From assembly GCA_964508365.1 (NCBI GenBank), contig CAZDTP010000048.1:1-32448 (forward strand): a stretch of DNA of 32,448 nt, written 5' to 3'. Position numbers and translations under genes: made by a program. Numbering within the stretch: position 1 is the first letter of the stretch; each line of letters opens with the position of its first letter. The stretch is from an uncultured archaeon (GTDB lineage: Archaea > Asgardarchaeota > Lokiarchaeia > Sigyniarchaeales > SOKP01). Of this stretch, positions 1 to 9,088 are shown piece by piece. A model generated the notes under the pieces. It was not told where the DNA came from. It did not search any database and saw only the letters and a program-made list of their open reading frames with translations.

Positions 1-229
1 GAGTATCTTCTTCAATCGTTTCTTTTGGATGTTCTTTAATCTGACCGAGATATTCTTTATTTTTATTAAAGAAATAAAAAGTTGGAATCGCTTCTAACTT
101 AAACTTAGGATTTACTGCTTCCGGTGGAGACCTTTTTTTATGCCATAGAGTTTCTCCTGGTTTATGTAAAGCATTAACCATTATACCATACAAGATGCGA
201 AGCTCTATATCGTTGCTTTTTTTTAGTAA
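1..229 (-). pseudogene. 5'-truncated duplicate of the thioredoxin-like gene (C-terminal half only; runs off the window edge)
   Basis: Positions 1..~200 align without gaps to 2105..~2304. Translation is LLKKSNDIELRILYGIMVNALHKPGETLWHKKRSPPEAVNPKFKLEAIPTFYFFNKNKEYLGQIKEHPKETIEEDTL. There is an in-frame TAA at 230-232 upstream and no WCPDC-coding segment. Confidence 0.85.
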
Positions 230-704
230 TTAGCTTTTAACTTTCATTCAATTATTTGAAGTATATAAAGAAAAAATGACAAACTTGACAATAATTTAGT
301 TTGAAGAAATTCTCTTATAGATGGTGAGTCGAGCAAATCAGAACAACAAACAGAAACTTAAAAATTATTAATAAAACAAAAACAATCACTGCTAAAGGTA
401 AAAAATCAATTTGTTTACAATTTGAACTCTTCGCAAATCTGAGGTTAAATTTTTTTTTTAAAGAAATTCATCAGTTTGGTTATCGATGTCTGAGTGTTAG
501 CAAATGTTTTCCCTATCGAATTTTTAAAGGAGTGATGGTTATGAGGCGATCTTTAGGATTATGGATCTAAAAATGACCTTTGAACCAAAGCATCTTGATC
601 TGTTAATATATTCAAGGATAAATGAAAAAAAGAGATTAAAAAAGTTTATTAATTTTTTGATTTTAAAACTTTATATGACAAAAATTTCAAAAATAGGTTG
701 AAAT

Positions 705-1736
705 ATGATTCAAATCACAGAAATAGAAAAAGATATCTTTAAATATATAGAGCAAGGAAAATATAGGAAACCTGCAACATTGTTATCTGATTTGTTAAAG
801 CGTCTAGAATTTACCCAAATAGACAGTTTCGTGGACTTACTATCTCTCGTCTTGAAAACTGAAAAGAGTCCAAAAATTGCTCGGGCATTTAATTATTTAA
901 ATCAAAAAATAAAAGATACTAGCAAATTATATGAAATAGAGCTAAGATTTATAAAGAAACACCTTTTAATTGATGGAGAACGCTTAATTGATTCATTTTT
1001 TGGAACTCTTGAAAGTGGTTTCGAAATTGTTAAAGGGAGAATTTTTCTTACGAATTATAGGATAATTGCTTCGGGTTTTCAAAAGGAAAAAGTAAATCCC
1101 CAGAGTGGTGCTCTGGCAACTCCCAAAAGTGTTATAAGCTTAGCAGCTACCATAGCAAAAGAATATAAAGTTGGAAAAAGTTATATAAAGTTATTGAAGG
1201 GGATCAAAAAATCAATGAATTTCGGATTTTATTCGGTCAATCAAATACAATATGGTTCATATTACCCTCTATCCTATCCAGATGAGATCGATGTAAGTGC
1301 TCAATCCCTAAAGTATTCAACTAAGATCTCATACATGTTGGATAATGAAAGGGTATTTAGTAGTATTGAAATTCAAATTACCCGGAAGAGATTATCCAAT
1401 GAAACCCATGAGGAATTTCAAGCAAATCTCGTTAAATCTTACAAGCTAATTAAAAAAACTCTCAAAGATTCAGCGTCTGTACAAAATGAGCTTATAATTA
1501 TCAATATGGCGAAGATTTCGGATATTGGAACACATTTAGGTATTTTTTTCAAGAAAAATCCAGGAAAAGCATGGACGGCTAAAGCCATCCTTAGTAGAGT
1601 GGATGAACTTAATTTGACAAATAATGTCAAACAAGAAGTAACAGAAAAAAAAATTCTTGAGACTTTAGATCGCCTGTATAACGAAGGATTTATAGATCGA
1701 ACTATCCATGAAAATCAATTCTTTTATCTTCTTTAA
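705..1736 (+). CDS. Hypothetical protein with a GRAM/PH-like central domain and a C-terminal winged helix
   Basis: 343-aa ORF. LIDGERLIDSFFGTL...KGRIFLTNYRIIAS resembles the GRAM/PH-GRAM pattern. The C-terminus (KAWTAKAILSRV...EKKILETLDRLYNEGFIDR) fits a wHTH. Confidence 0.5.
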   Translation: MIQITEIEKDIFKYIEQGKYRKPATLLSDLLKRLEFTQIDSFVDLLSLVLKTEKSPKIARAFNYLNQKIKDTSKLYEIELRFIKKHLLIDGERLIDSFFGTLESGFEIVKGRIFLTNYRIIASGFQKEKVNPQSGALATPKSVISLAATIAKEYKVGKSYIKLLKGIKKSMNFGFYSVNQIQYGSYYPLSYPDEIDVSAQSLKYSTKISYMLDNERVFSSIEIQITRKRLSNETHEEFQANLVKSYKLIKKTLKDSASVQNELIIINMAKISDIGTHLGIFFKKNPGKAWTAKAILSRVDELNLTNNVKQEVTEKKILETLDRLYNEGFIDRTIHENQFFYLL

Positions 1737-1743
1737 ATAATAG

Positions 1744-1770
1744 ATTTAAAGAATTTAAATTTCTTTAAAT
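1744..1770. repeat. AT-rich inverted repeat (10-bp arms, 7-nt loop), possible terminator or protein-binding site
   Basis: ATTTAAAGAA-tttaaat-TTCTTTAAAT, starting 8 nt after the 705..1736 stop. Confidence 0.5.
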
Positions 1771-1926
1771 TCTGGAGTTTAAGGATAAACCCAATATTTT
1801 ATCAAGATATTTAGAACGATCTTTCTTTTTATAATATTCATCTATATCTACATATTCTTCATTATCTAATTTAAATACAATATCTTTACTTGTCCAAAAC
1901 TCTAAAGGAAGTCTCGATCTCATCAT
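1765..1926 (-). CDS. Small hypothetical protein (53 aa), below the ORF-track cutoff
   Basis: Hand translation MMRSRLPLEFWTSKDIVFKLDNEEYVDIDEYYKKKDRSKYLDKILGLSLNSRI*. Its ATG overlaps (ATGA) the stop of a 17-codon ORF at 1923..1976. Confidence 0.4.
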   Translation of the reverse strand: MMRSRLPLEFWTSKDIVFKLDNEEYVDIDEYYKKKDRSKYLDKILGLSLNSRI

Positions 1927-2078
1927 TTTAGTATTTCGCTTCTTTTTGTCTTTTTTAATTCTATAAATCTAACCATATTTTTAAATATTTTAGAACCACA
2001 AATTTATTGAAGAAGAGTTTAAATTTTGATTCCTTAAAAAAAAGGATAATGAACAGTTAGGGTATTACAATATTCTGT

Positions 2079-2603
2079 TCATAGATTTTCTTTCAATATT
2101 TCTAGAGTATCTTCTTCAATAGTTTCTTTGGGATGTTCTTTAATCTGACCGAGGTATTCGCTATTTTTATTAAAGAAATAGAACGTTGGAATCGCTTCTA
2201 GCTCAAACTTAGGATTTACTGCTTCCGGGGGAGACCTTGTTTTATGCCATAGAGTTTCTCCTGGTTTATGTAATGCATTGGCCATTATACCATATAAGAT
2301 GCGGAGTTCCACATTATTGGTTTTCATTCTTTTTATAAGTTTAATCATTCGAGGTACGTTTTTATGGCAATCTGGACACCAGTCAGCACCTAAAGCAACA
2401 ATCTTTAAAGTTTCTTTCTTACTGTTCAATACTTCTTTAATTTCTTTTAGAATCTCAGCTTTTGGTTTGTAAATTTTATAGTTGTATTCTATTTTATCTG
2501 CGAATTTCTTTAAGTACTCATCAGGCGACATAGTAGGAGATACAAGATCAGTCCACTTTAAATCAAGATTTTCTTTCATATTTACAATATTATATTTTCT
2601 CAT
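2079..2603 (-). CDS. Thioredoxin-family protein
   Basis: Active site IVALGADWCPDCHKNVP; cis-Pro motif AIPTFYFF. Confidence 0.9.
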   Translation of the reverse strand: MRKYNIVNMKENLDLKWTDLVSPTMSPDEYLKKFADKIEYNYKIYKPKAEILKEIKEVLNSKKETLKIVALGADWCPDCHKNVPRMIKLIKRMKTNNVELRILYGIMANALHKPGETLWHKTRSPPEAVNPKFELEAIPTFYFFNKNSEYLGQIKEHPKETIEEDTLEILKENL

Positions 2604-2781
2604 TAAAAAAAATTGTATTAATGATATATAAAAGGTAATAATGAAGGAATTCTAATAGATAGTTTAGGGATTTTTTATTAATTTAGTTATATCTTCTTTT
2701 TTTCATTTATAAAGTTAAAGGGTAAAAAAGATAAACTAAAATTGCGTTTTAGTATCCAAATTATAAATTTCATTTTCCTTA

Positions 2782-2788
2782 AGGTGAG
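2782..2788 (+). promoter_or_regulatory. Shine-Dalgarno site for the AOR gene
   Basis: AGGTGAG, 5 nt upstream of the in-frame ATT at 2794. Confidence 0.6.
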
Positions 2789-2793
2789 TTATT

Positions 2794-4626
2794 ATTTTAG
2801 GAGGTTTTAGAAGTCGATTATTAAACATAAACTTAACAACTAAACACATTTCGGTTGCTCTTATTGTAGAGGACATAGCTAAACACTTTTTAGGTGGGTC
2901 CGGTTACGCTTGTCGTTATTTGTACGACAAATTAAGCAGAGACACAAATCCATTGTCTCCAGAAAATATTATTATGATAATGACTGGTCCTTTAAATGGA
3001 ACTTTTGCGCCAAATACCGGAAGATGGGTCGTCTGTTCAAAATCACCCTATACAGGTATTTGGGGAGAATCGAATTGCGGGAGCTGGTTTGGTGCCGAGT
3101 TAAAAAAAGCGGGTTATGACGGAATTATAATATCTGGAGCATCAGATGAACCAGTTTATCTAGAAATTAAAGATGAAGAGGTTCAACTCAAAGACGCTAA
3201 TTTTTTATGGGGAAGAGGGACATTTTATACTACCGAAAAGTTAAAAGAACTTTTTGAAGACGAAAAAGCTAAAGTTGCCTGTATTGGTCAAGCGGGTGAA
3301 AATCTCGTAAAATATGCTAATATTGTTTCCGAAGAAAGGGCAGCCGGGAGAACTGGAATGGGAGCTATTTTTGGTTCAAAGAAACTTAAGGCGATAATTG
3401 TTAAAGGAACAAAAATTAAATTAGCTGTATCAAATCAAGAGGAATTACGAAAAGCAATAATAAAAGCAAGAGATCACGTAAAGTCGTCCTTTGCCTCACA
3501 GATATTGACAGAATTAGGAACATCTGGTGCGATGGATATGTATAATATGACTGGTGAACTTCCGATTAAATATTTTTCTCAACCGGAATGGGTAGGCGCT
3601 GGTAAAATATCTGGAGCAACGATGGCAGAAACTATTTTAGTTAAAAATAGATTTTGCCACTCTTGTGTTATTGGCTGCGGAAGAAGGGTTGCTGTTAAAA
3701 ATGGCTTGTATAAAACAGACGAGATTGAAGGTCCAGAATATGAAACTCTTGTATCTTACGGAGCATTGCTTTTAAACGACAACCTAGAATGGATTGTTTA
3801 CATCAATAGAAAGTGTTTTGACTACGGAATTGATACGATAAGTTCCGGAGCTACAATATCATGTTTGATACACCATTTTGAGCAAGGAAATATAACATCT
3901 GACGATATTGACGGGTTAAAACCTGAATGGGGTAATATTGAATTTGTTGAAGAATTATTAGAAAAAATTGTATTCAAGGAAGGAATTGGCAAAGTATTAG
4001 CAGAAGGGTCTGATGTTCTAGCTAAAAAATTTAATATTTCGCAAGAAGAGATTGCTACAGTTAATGGTTTAGAAGTTACATATCACGATCCCCGCGCTAA
4101 TTATGGTACGGCACTATCTTATGGCATTGGATTAAAGGGCCCATCCCACAACTTATTAGATGCCTACTATGTATTAAATGGGATTCCATTAGAAGAAATT
4201 GGCATTAAAATTATAGATAAATATCTTGATAACGAAGAAATGGCGGAAGTATGTTCTTTAATTATGGATTATAGAGCGTTATATAGCTCAATGATCATGT
4301 GTTCTTTCTGTAATCCATTACCTTCTCATAATGCAGCGTTAATACAAAACACTATAGGAATCAAATTTGGTCTCGAAGAAGTCAAATTATACGGAGAAAG
4401 AATAGCAACTATAAAACGACTGTTTAATATTAAAATGGGTTTAACTCCTAAAGATGATAGGCTACCTAGTATTTTAACTAGACCTTTTAATAGTGGTGGT
4501 TCTGCAGGAAGAAGTCCAGATTTTGCTAAACTTAAGAAGCATTTTTACAAATATCGTGACTGGGAATTTAATACTGGGAAACCAAGTATAGCTAAACTTA
4601 GAAAGTTAGGATTAGATAAGTTGTAA
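2794..4626 (+). CDS. aor: Aldehyde:ferredoxin oxidoreductase family protein (tungstopterin AOR)
   Basis: Motifs KSPYTG, AAGRTGMGAIFGSKKLKAI, CHSCVIGC, GPEYETL, YGIDTISSG and HDPRA. The frame is open upstream of the track start (2920) back to 2788 and encodes the typical N-terminus LGGFRSRLLNINLT...FLGGSG. The start coordinate is inferred. Confidence 0.93.
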   Translation: MLGGFRSRLLNINLTTKHISVALIVEDIAKHFLGGSGYACRYLYDKLSRDTNPLSPENIIMIMTGPLNGTFAPNTGRWVVCSKSPYTGIWGESNCGSWFGAELKKAGYDGIIISGASDEPVYLEIKDEEVQLKDANFLWGRGTFYTTEKLKELFEDEKAKVACIGQAGENLVKYANIVSEERAAGRTGMGAIFGSKKLKAIIVKGTKIKLAVSNQEELRKAIIKARDHVKSSFASQILTELGTSGAMDMYNMTGELPIKYFSQPEWVGAGKISGATMAETILVKNRFCHSCVIGCGRRVAVKNGLYKTDEIEGPEYETLVSYGALLLNDNLEWIVYINRKCFDYGIDTISSGATISCLIHHFEQGNITSDDIDGLKPEWGNIEFVEELLEKIVFKEGIGKVLAEGSDVLAKKFNISQEEIATVNGLEVTYHDPRANYGTALSYGIGLKGPSHNLLDAYYVLNGIPLEEIGIKIIDKYLDNEEMAEVCSLIMDYRALYSSMIMCSFCNPLPSHNAALIQNTIGIKFGLEEVKLYGERIATIKRLFNIKMGLTPKDDRLPSILTRPFNSGGSAGRSPDFAKLKKHFYKYRDWEFNTGKPSIAKLRKLGLDKL

Positions 4627-4665
4627 GAGATAATATTTTAAAATTTTAATGTCAAATTTCATTAT

Positions 4666-5070
4666 ATGATAAATAGACAGACTATCATGAGAATGAAACA
4701 TCTAGAGAATCGCTTGAGAAGAAAAGAACTACTATACGCCGATGAAATACTGGGACCAATGACCAGTATATCAGAATACATGAATCCATGTTGTGGGATT
4801 ACTTTTACGACAAGAAAACAAGCCTATAAGCGGCAATCATTTTTCAGCAAGTTTAAATTCAGGTCGTTGGAGCAATTTTTTAAAAACGCAAAAATTTTAA
4901 ACCCATCTGGAGTGCTTAGCTATTATAATCCGAAAAAAGGTGGTGTTAAACAACTCGGTATCCAATGGGGAAGAAGAAACTGGTGGAAGTTGCGTCATCT
5001 TAAAACAGTGTTGTCTTTAATAAAGAACGCGGAAATAGGGATTGAATACAGTAATTGTAATCTAAATTAG
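4666..5070 (+). CDS. Basic hypothetical protein
   Basis: 134-aa Lys/Arg-rich ORF directly downstream of aor; no recognised motif. Confidence 0.6.
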   Translation: MINRQTIMRMKHLENRLRRKELLYADEILGPMTSISEYMNPCCGITFTTRKQAYKRQSFFSKFKFRSLEQFFKNAKILNPSGVLSYYNPKKGGVKQLGIQWGRRNWWKLRHLKTVLSLIKNAEIGIEYSNCNLN

Positions 5071-5161
5071 GAAATCTTCAGGGAATGATAGATAGTTTTA
5101 TTGCGATAAGATATGTATAAATAAGTATTTATCATGAAATTATAATTAGGAATGAATAAGA

Positions 5162-5908
5162 ATGGGATTTAGTGAGACAACAAAAAAATATCTCTTGGCA
5201 GCGAGTGGCAATAAATGTGCATTTCCGGGTTGTGATGAATTAATTTTTGATTTGGAATTAGAATCGTATATTGGTGAAATTTGTCATATTAAAGGAAACA
5301 AACATGGAAGTGCAAGGTTTGATCCAGATCAACCTGATGAAGAGCGACAGTCATATCACAATGGAATTGTTATGTGTAGAAACCATGGAACTGTGATTGA
5401 TAAGAGTCTTAAGGTGGAGAATTACACCGTAGCCTTATTAAAACGATGGAAAAAAGAGCACGAATCCAGAACATCTAATACACAAAATAAAAGATGGATT
5501 GTTCCTCCAAATTCAATCTTTAATGGAAATGTTTTATTGAAAACTGGAAAACTTGCTGTTCACTTTTGGATCGATAGAAATGGAACACCGCAAATATATT
5601 CAGATGAGAAGCTGGGAATTATCAATGTTTTGATGGCACTAAACCTAATAATCAGTGACGCTAGCAAACTTGTTAGGTCTTTGAAAACAAATCCAGAGGT
5701 TAAATCGAAGGACTTTCTGCACAAGTCATATGGGAAGATTATATCAGAAGATCGGACTTTGGCAGAAAACTTATATCAAACAATGCTTGAGGCACCAAAT
5801 ATTATGTTTGTAGATTTTATCCAGTTTTTGGCACCAGGGCAAGACTTGACCAGAGCTTTAGAAGAAGCTATTGAGAGAAGAGATGCTCGAAACGGCTTTT
5901 GGAAATAA
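5162..5908 (+). CDS. HNH endonuclease-domain protein with an unknown C-terminal domain
   Basis: SGNKCAFPGC...GEICHIKG...SARFD...SYHNGIVMCRNHGTVID...LKRWKKEHE is the Zn-binding HNH type seen in many defence effectors. Confidence 0.8.
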   Translation: MGFSETTKKYLLAASGNKCAFPGCDELIFDLELESYIGEICHIKGNKHGSARFDPDQPDEERQSYHNGIVMCRNHGTVIDKSLKVENYTVALLKRWKKEHESRTSNTQNKRWIVPPNSIFNGNVLLKTGKLAVHFWIDRNGTPQIYSDEKLGIINVLMALNLIISDASKLVRSLKTNPEVKSKDFLHKSYGKIISEDRTLAENLYQTMLEAPNIMFVDFIQFLAPGQDLTRALEEAIERRDARNGFWK

Positions 5909-6366
5909 TGCAAATTAATTTTTTTCTAAGCGGATTTTTTCTTCTTAGCATATTCGATGTATCAAAGCTTCCCACATTTAAAGGTAAATTTATCATTTTT
6001 CATTGCAAATGCAAGAGATAATTAAGGTAAATTCAGCGAGTAAAGAAAATACGAGAGAAATAAAGAGAGAATTGATTTAGAGAATAAGATTGGGTTTTAC
6101 GAACTCATATGGATTACAATTCATCTCTTTAATCTCTATTAAGACATAAAAAAAGTTACTTGTGTGTCTAATCGTAACTATTTAAACGTAGTTTTTTTTC
6201 ACTTTGATTTGGATCGTTTAAGTGTCTCAGGATATCAGTCTAAAAAACGATAAATACTATATCTTTTTAAAATCAAAATGAATCAGAATGAATATTTTTT
6301 TAACAATTTATTATATATAGATAGTCAGATTATTTTCTACAGTAAAATTTGTGGAGAAATGTTAAC

Positions 6367-6819
6367 ATGGATAAAGAAGAAATGGAATTATATGAAAATA
6401 TGAGAGAAAGGATAGATAAGCTTAAAGAATTGGATGGATTTAAATGTTTTAAATGCGGGGAATGTTGCTGTGGACCTAAAAATCCAGTAACTAGATTAGA
6501 TATAGAATATATGAGAGAAAAAGGAGTAGATTTAACAGGTATAAATATTGAAGGACCAGGATATTACGATAGCAGGCATCTTAAAATAATTGATCATTGC
6601 TGTTATTATTTAGATAGAAAATCTAATTTATGCAAAATTCATCCTCATAATCCATTGCTTTGTTATACCTATCCTCTTGTAGTTAATGTTAATTCCGACA
6701 CTTTTGCTTTTAAATTATGTTTAAGAGAACAAAATAGAAGAACTTACTTAATAACGGATGAATTGAGAGAAGCAGCTAGAGCCCTATATAATATGGATTA
6801 TAAGGTAGAACAGGATTAG
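6367..6819 (+). CDS. YkgJ-family cysteine-cluster (CxxCxxCC) protein
   Basis: FKCFKCGECCC...CCYYLD...LCKIH...PLLCYTYP. The ATG at 6367 is preferred over the track's GTG at 6349. Confidence 0.85.
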   Translation: MDKEEMELYENMRERIDKLKELDGFKCFKCGECCCGPKNPVTRLDIEYMREKGVDLTGINIEGPGYYDSRHLKIIDHCCYYLDRKSNLCKIHPHNPLLCYTYPLVVNVNSDTFAFKLCLREQNRRTYLITDELREAARALYNMDYKVEQD

Positions 6820-6910
6820 ATATAATTTAGAAAAGAGATAATTACAGAATTCAAATTAGAAAGAATTTAGGAAAATTCCAAGAAAATAATCAAAATAAAA
6901 GAAGAATAGT

Positions 6911-6941
6911 GAGGGAAGAGAAGGAAGTCTTTCTCCCCCTC
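6911..6941. terminator. GC-rich hairpin between convergent genes
   Basis: GAGGG-aa-GAGAAGG-aagt-CTTTCTC-c-CCCTC gives 5+7 bp stems between YkgJ (+) and NYN (-). Confidence 0.45.
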
Positions 6942-7026
6942 GGGACCAAATTAAAACCAACCAAAATCATTTCATCATAATTCGATTGAATTTATTGCGT
7001 ATATTCCTTGACCGATAAATAACTTT

Positions 7027-7593
7027 TTAATTTTCCAGCTTAAGCGTGATTTGATCTAAAATATCGTCGAGATAATGCACGCTTTCTTTTCCCACTTCCC
7101 ATATCAACGCTCGGGAAAGAGATTTTCTAAAGCTCCAAACCTCTACTTCTATACTGGCTTCTTTTAGCTCTCTAACTACACCTACAAACATATTATCCCC
7201 ACTCACGATTATTGCTTTTTCGTACGTGCCGTCTTTGGCTAAGTTGTAAATGTCTAAGAACATTTTCTCGTCCACTCCTTCTTGTGAGTATATACCTGAT
7301 GGATTAATTTTTAGCGGTTTTTCGGATATCTGCCAACCAATTTTGTCTAACGCTCTGAAAAATTTTTTCTTCTTCGGGAACACGAAACTTGGTGTTCCTA
7401 CATACATAATCGAAGCGGCTACGTGATAATCTCGCCTTAATTTCTCTTTAGCTAAACTGTAATCTATCCTTACCTGAAGTTCTTGTAAGTTGTGGAACAC
7501 GTTTGCGTGATCCCAGAATATAAAAGCTCTATTAATCGTCTTTGGCGGTTTGTTGATGTAAAGTTGGTCTCTATCTTCCGTTTTGCCTGCCAC
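7027..7593 (-). CDS. NYN-domain (LabA/DUF88, PIN-like) putative ribonuclease
   Basis: AFIFWDHANVFH, QEGVDEKMFLD, AIIVSGDNMF and EVEVWSF match the NYN acidic motifs. Confidence 0.88.
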   Translation of the reverse strand: MAGKTEDRDQLYINKPPKTINRAFIFWDHANVFHNLQELQVRIDYSLAKEKLRRDYHVAASIMYVGTPSFVFPKKKKFFRALDKIGWQISEKPLKINPSGIYSQEGVDEKMFLDIYNLAKDGTYEKAIIVSGDNMFVGVVRELKEASIEVEVWSFRKSLSRALIWEVGKESVHYLDDILDQITLKLEN

Positions 7594-8017
7594 CCTTTGG
7601 ACTTTTGTCTACATTATTTCCAAAATTTAACGCTATAAATACCACTACCCCATTTAAATATTTACTCATAGTTACTTCCTATGCTCTTTATTTTTTATGG
7701 CTATAATCTTAAAGAGAAGCCTTCCTGAAAGAATATTCAAGCCAGAAAAATGGTTATTAACCCTTTGTCTGCTAAACCTTTCAATAGAAGACCTCTAAGA
7801 ATCACTATACATCATTCCTCACCTAGCTATTTAAACCATACGAAATCCTTCCAATATAGTCCTATACTCTGTGAGAACGAAGAATTCCAAATTTAGTATT
7901 AAATAACCATTAATCGATGATCCATATGAACTTAATGGAATAAATTAATTTTTTTTGAGATACTAATTCGGACACTTTATTAACATTAAACAATAAGGTA
8001 ACTTCTATCAAGAATCA

Positions 8018-8623
8018 TTGATAAAATTTTTAAAAAAAAGCTGTATGTATATGGTAAGTATTATTGATGTTTTAGAAATTATTGGTGGATTTGTAGGAAT
8101 TTTAGCGATCATCATTGTCATTTGGGATCATTTTAAGGACGATCGGCGCTTAACAAAAGAGGTTCAAGAATATTACGAGAATATTGAAAACTTCCTTGCA
8201 TTACATCTAATATTAATCCAAGGTAAGGGACAACACGAAGAGAAATCTATTAATCTCTCTGAATTTGAATATTTTAACAGCATTATGAAACAAAGGTTTA
8301 ATGACTTCTCAAAATTCCTTGGGCTCACGGTTGGAAAAAGTCGTGATCACAGATATAAAGATAATAAATCCTATGTAACTAAAAAAGGACATGTTTTAGT
8401 TGAAGATGGAAATCTTTTGTATAGGGATCCCGAAATGGTTGGTACGTACGAAAGACATGCGATTGGAAACCCACAATATCTGAAGAGAAGTGAAATACCC
8501 AATATTGATAATTTTTTTTCAGACCTTAGAGGACACTGGCAGAAATTCTATCATAAAACCTTTTTCAGACCTAAGTTGAAAAAAAAAATAAATTTTCACG
8601 ATTTTATAGTGGTCGATGATTAA
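8018..8623 (+). CDS. Hypothetical protein with a single N-terminal transmembrane helix
   Basis: Hydrophobic IIGGFVGILAIIIVIW followed by a soluble domain. The real start is probably the ATG at 8045 or 8051. Confidence 0.7.
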   Translation: MIKFLKKSCMYMVSIIDVLEIIGGFVGILAIIIVIWDHFKDDRRLTKEVQEYYENIENFLALHLILIQGKGQHEEKSINLSEFEYFNSIMKQRFNDFSKFLGLTVGKSRDHRYKDNKSYVTKKGHVLVEDGNLLYRDPEMVGTYERHAIGNPQYLKRSEIPNIDNFFSDLRGHWQKFYHKTFFRPKLKKKINFHDFIVVDD

Positions 8624-8910
8624 ATTTTACAAACTTGTTTTACAGTAAGAATTTCTATCAATCCAAATTCAATTTCTCAAGGAAGGACAAGCAAGGTAAG
8701 CAACGCCCACAAAAGAGGTGATTCTTTTTTGCCATTAAAAATATTACCGCTCTTTCTTACCGGAGATACATCTAGCACTGAAACTGCACGTATCGGGCAA
8801 AATGAGAGCTTTGCGCGTTTAACTACCTTACTCATCGCTAAGATATAAATTCGCCCTAAAATTAACGTCGAGAATGCGGGATTTATAATTTTGTAAAGAT
8901 TTATATACCT

Positions 8911-8958
8911 AAATTTTTATAAATACCATTTTCTTTTGGTTATATGGACGACAAAAAT
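8911..8958 (+). repeat. 48-bp direct repeat, copy 1 (TATA-like box plus ATG)
   Basis: AAATTTTTATAAATACCATTTTCTTTTGGTTATATGGACGACAAAAAT; 44/48 identical to 13867..13914. Confidence 0.85.
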
Positions 8959-9088
8959 TGCTATGAAAAAGTAAGAAAAGATAGAAAGTAAAAACTCGAA
9001 AAATAAAGGTAATTCGGAATTACCGAACTATTTTCAGGATGATTATTGGGTAACATAATTGAGATAAAAAACAAACCAGAAGCGATTT

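Noticed and set aside
2785-2787. In-frame TGA as selenocysteine (also TGA at 21543)
   Set aside because: Neither aligns with a Cys position. The first is part of the SD sequence, the second has a TAA just upstream in frame, and no SECIS was identified.
7670-7900. Transposase remnant (RSSIERFSR) or CPBP protease remnant (GEE..VILRGLLLKGL) on the minus strand
   Set aside because: The two readings are in different frames, are short and are broken by stops. There are no terminal inverted repeats, so neither can be supported.
8677-8835. 52-codon minus ORF with a CPIRAVS ferredoxin-like fragment
   Set aside because: It has only one Cys and no CxxCxxC motif; likely spurious or decayed.
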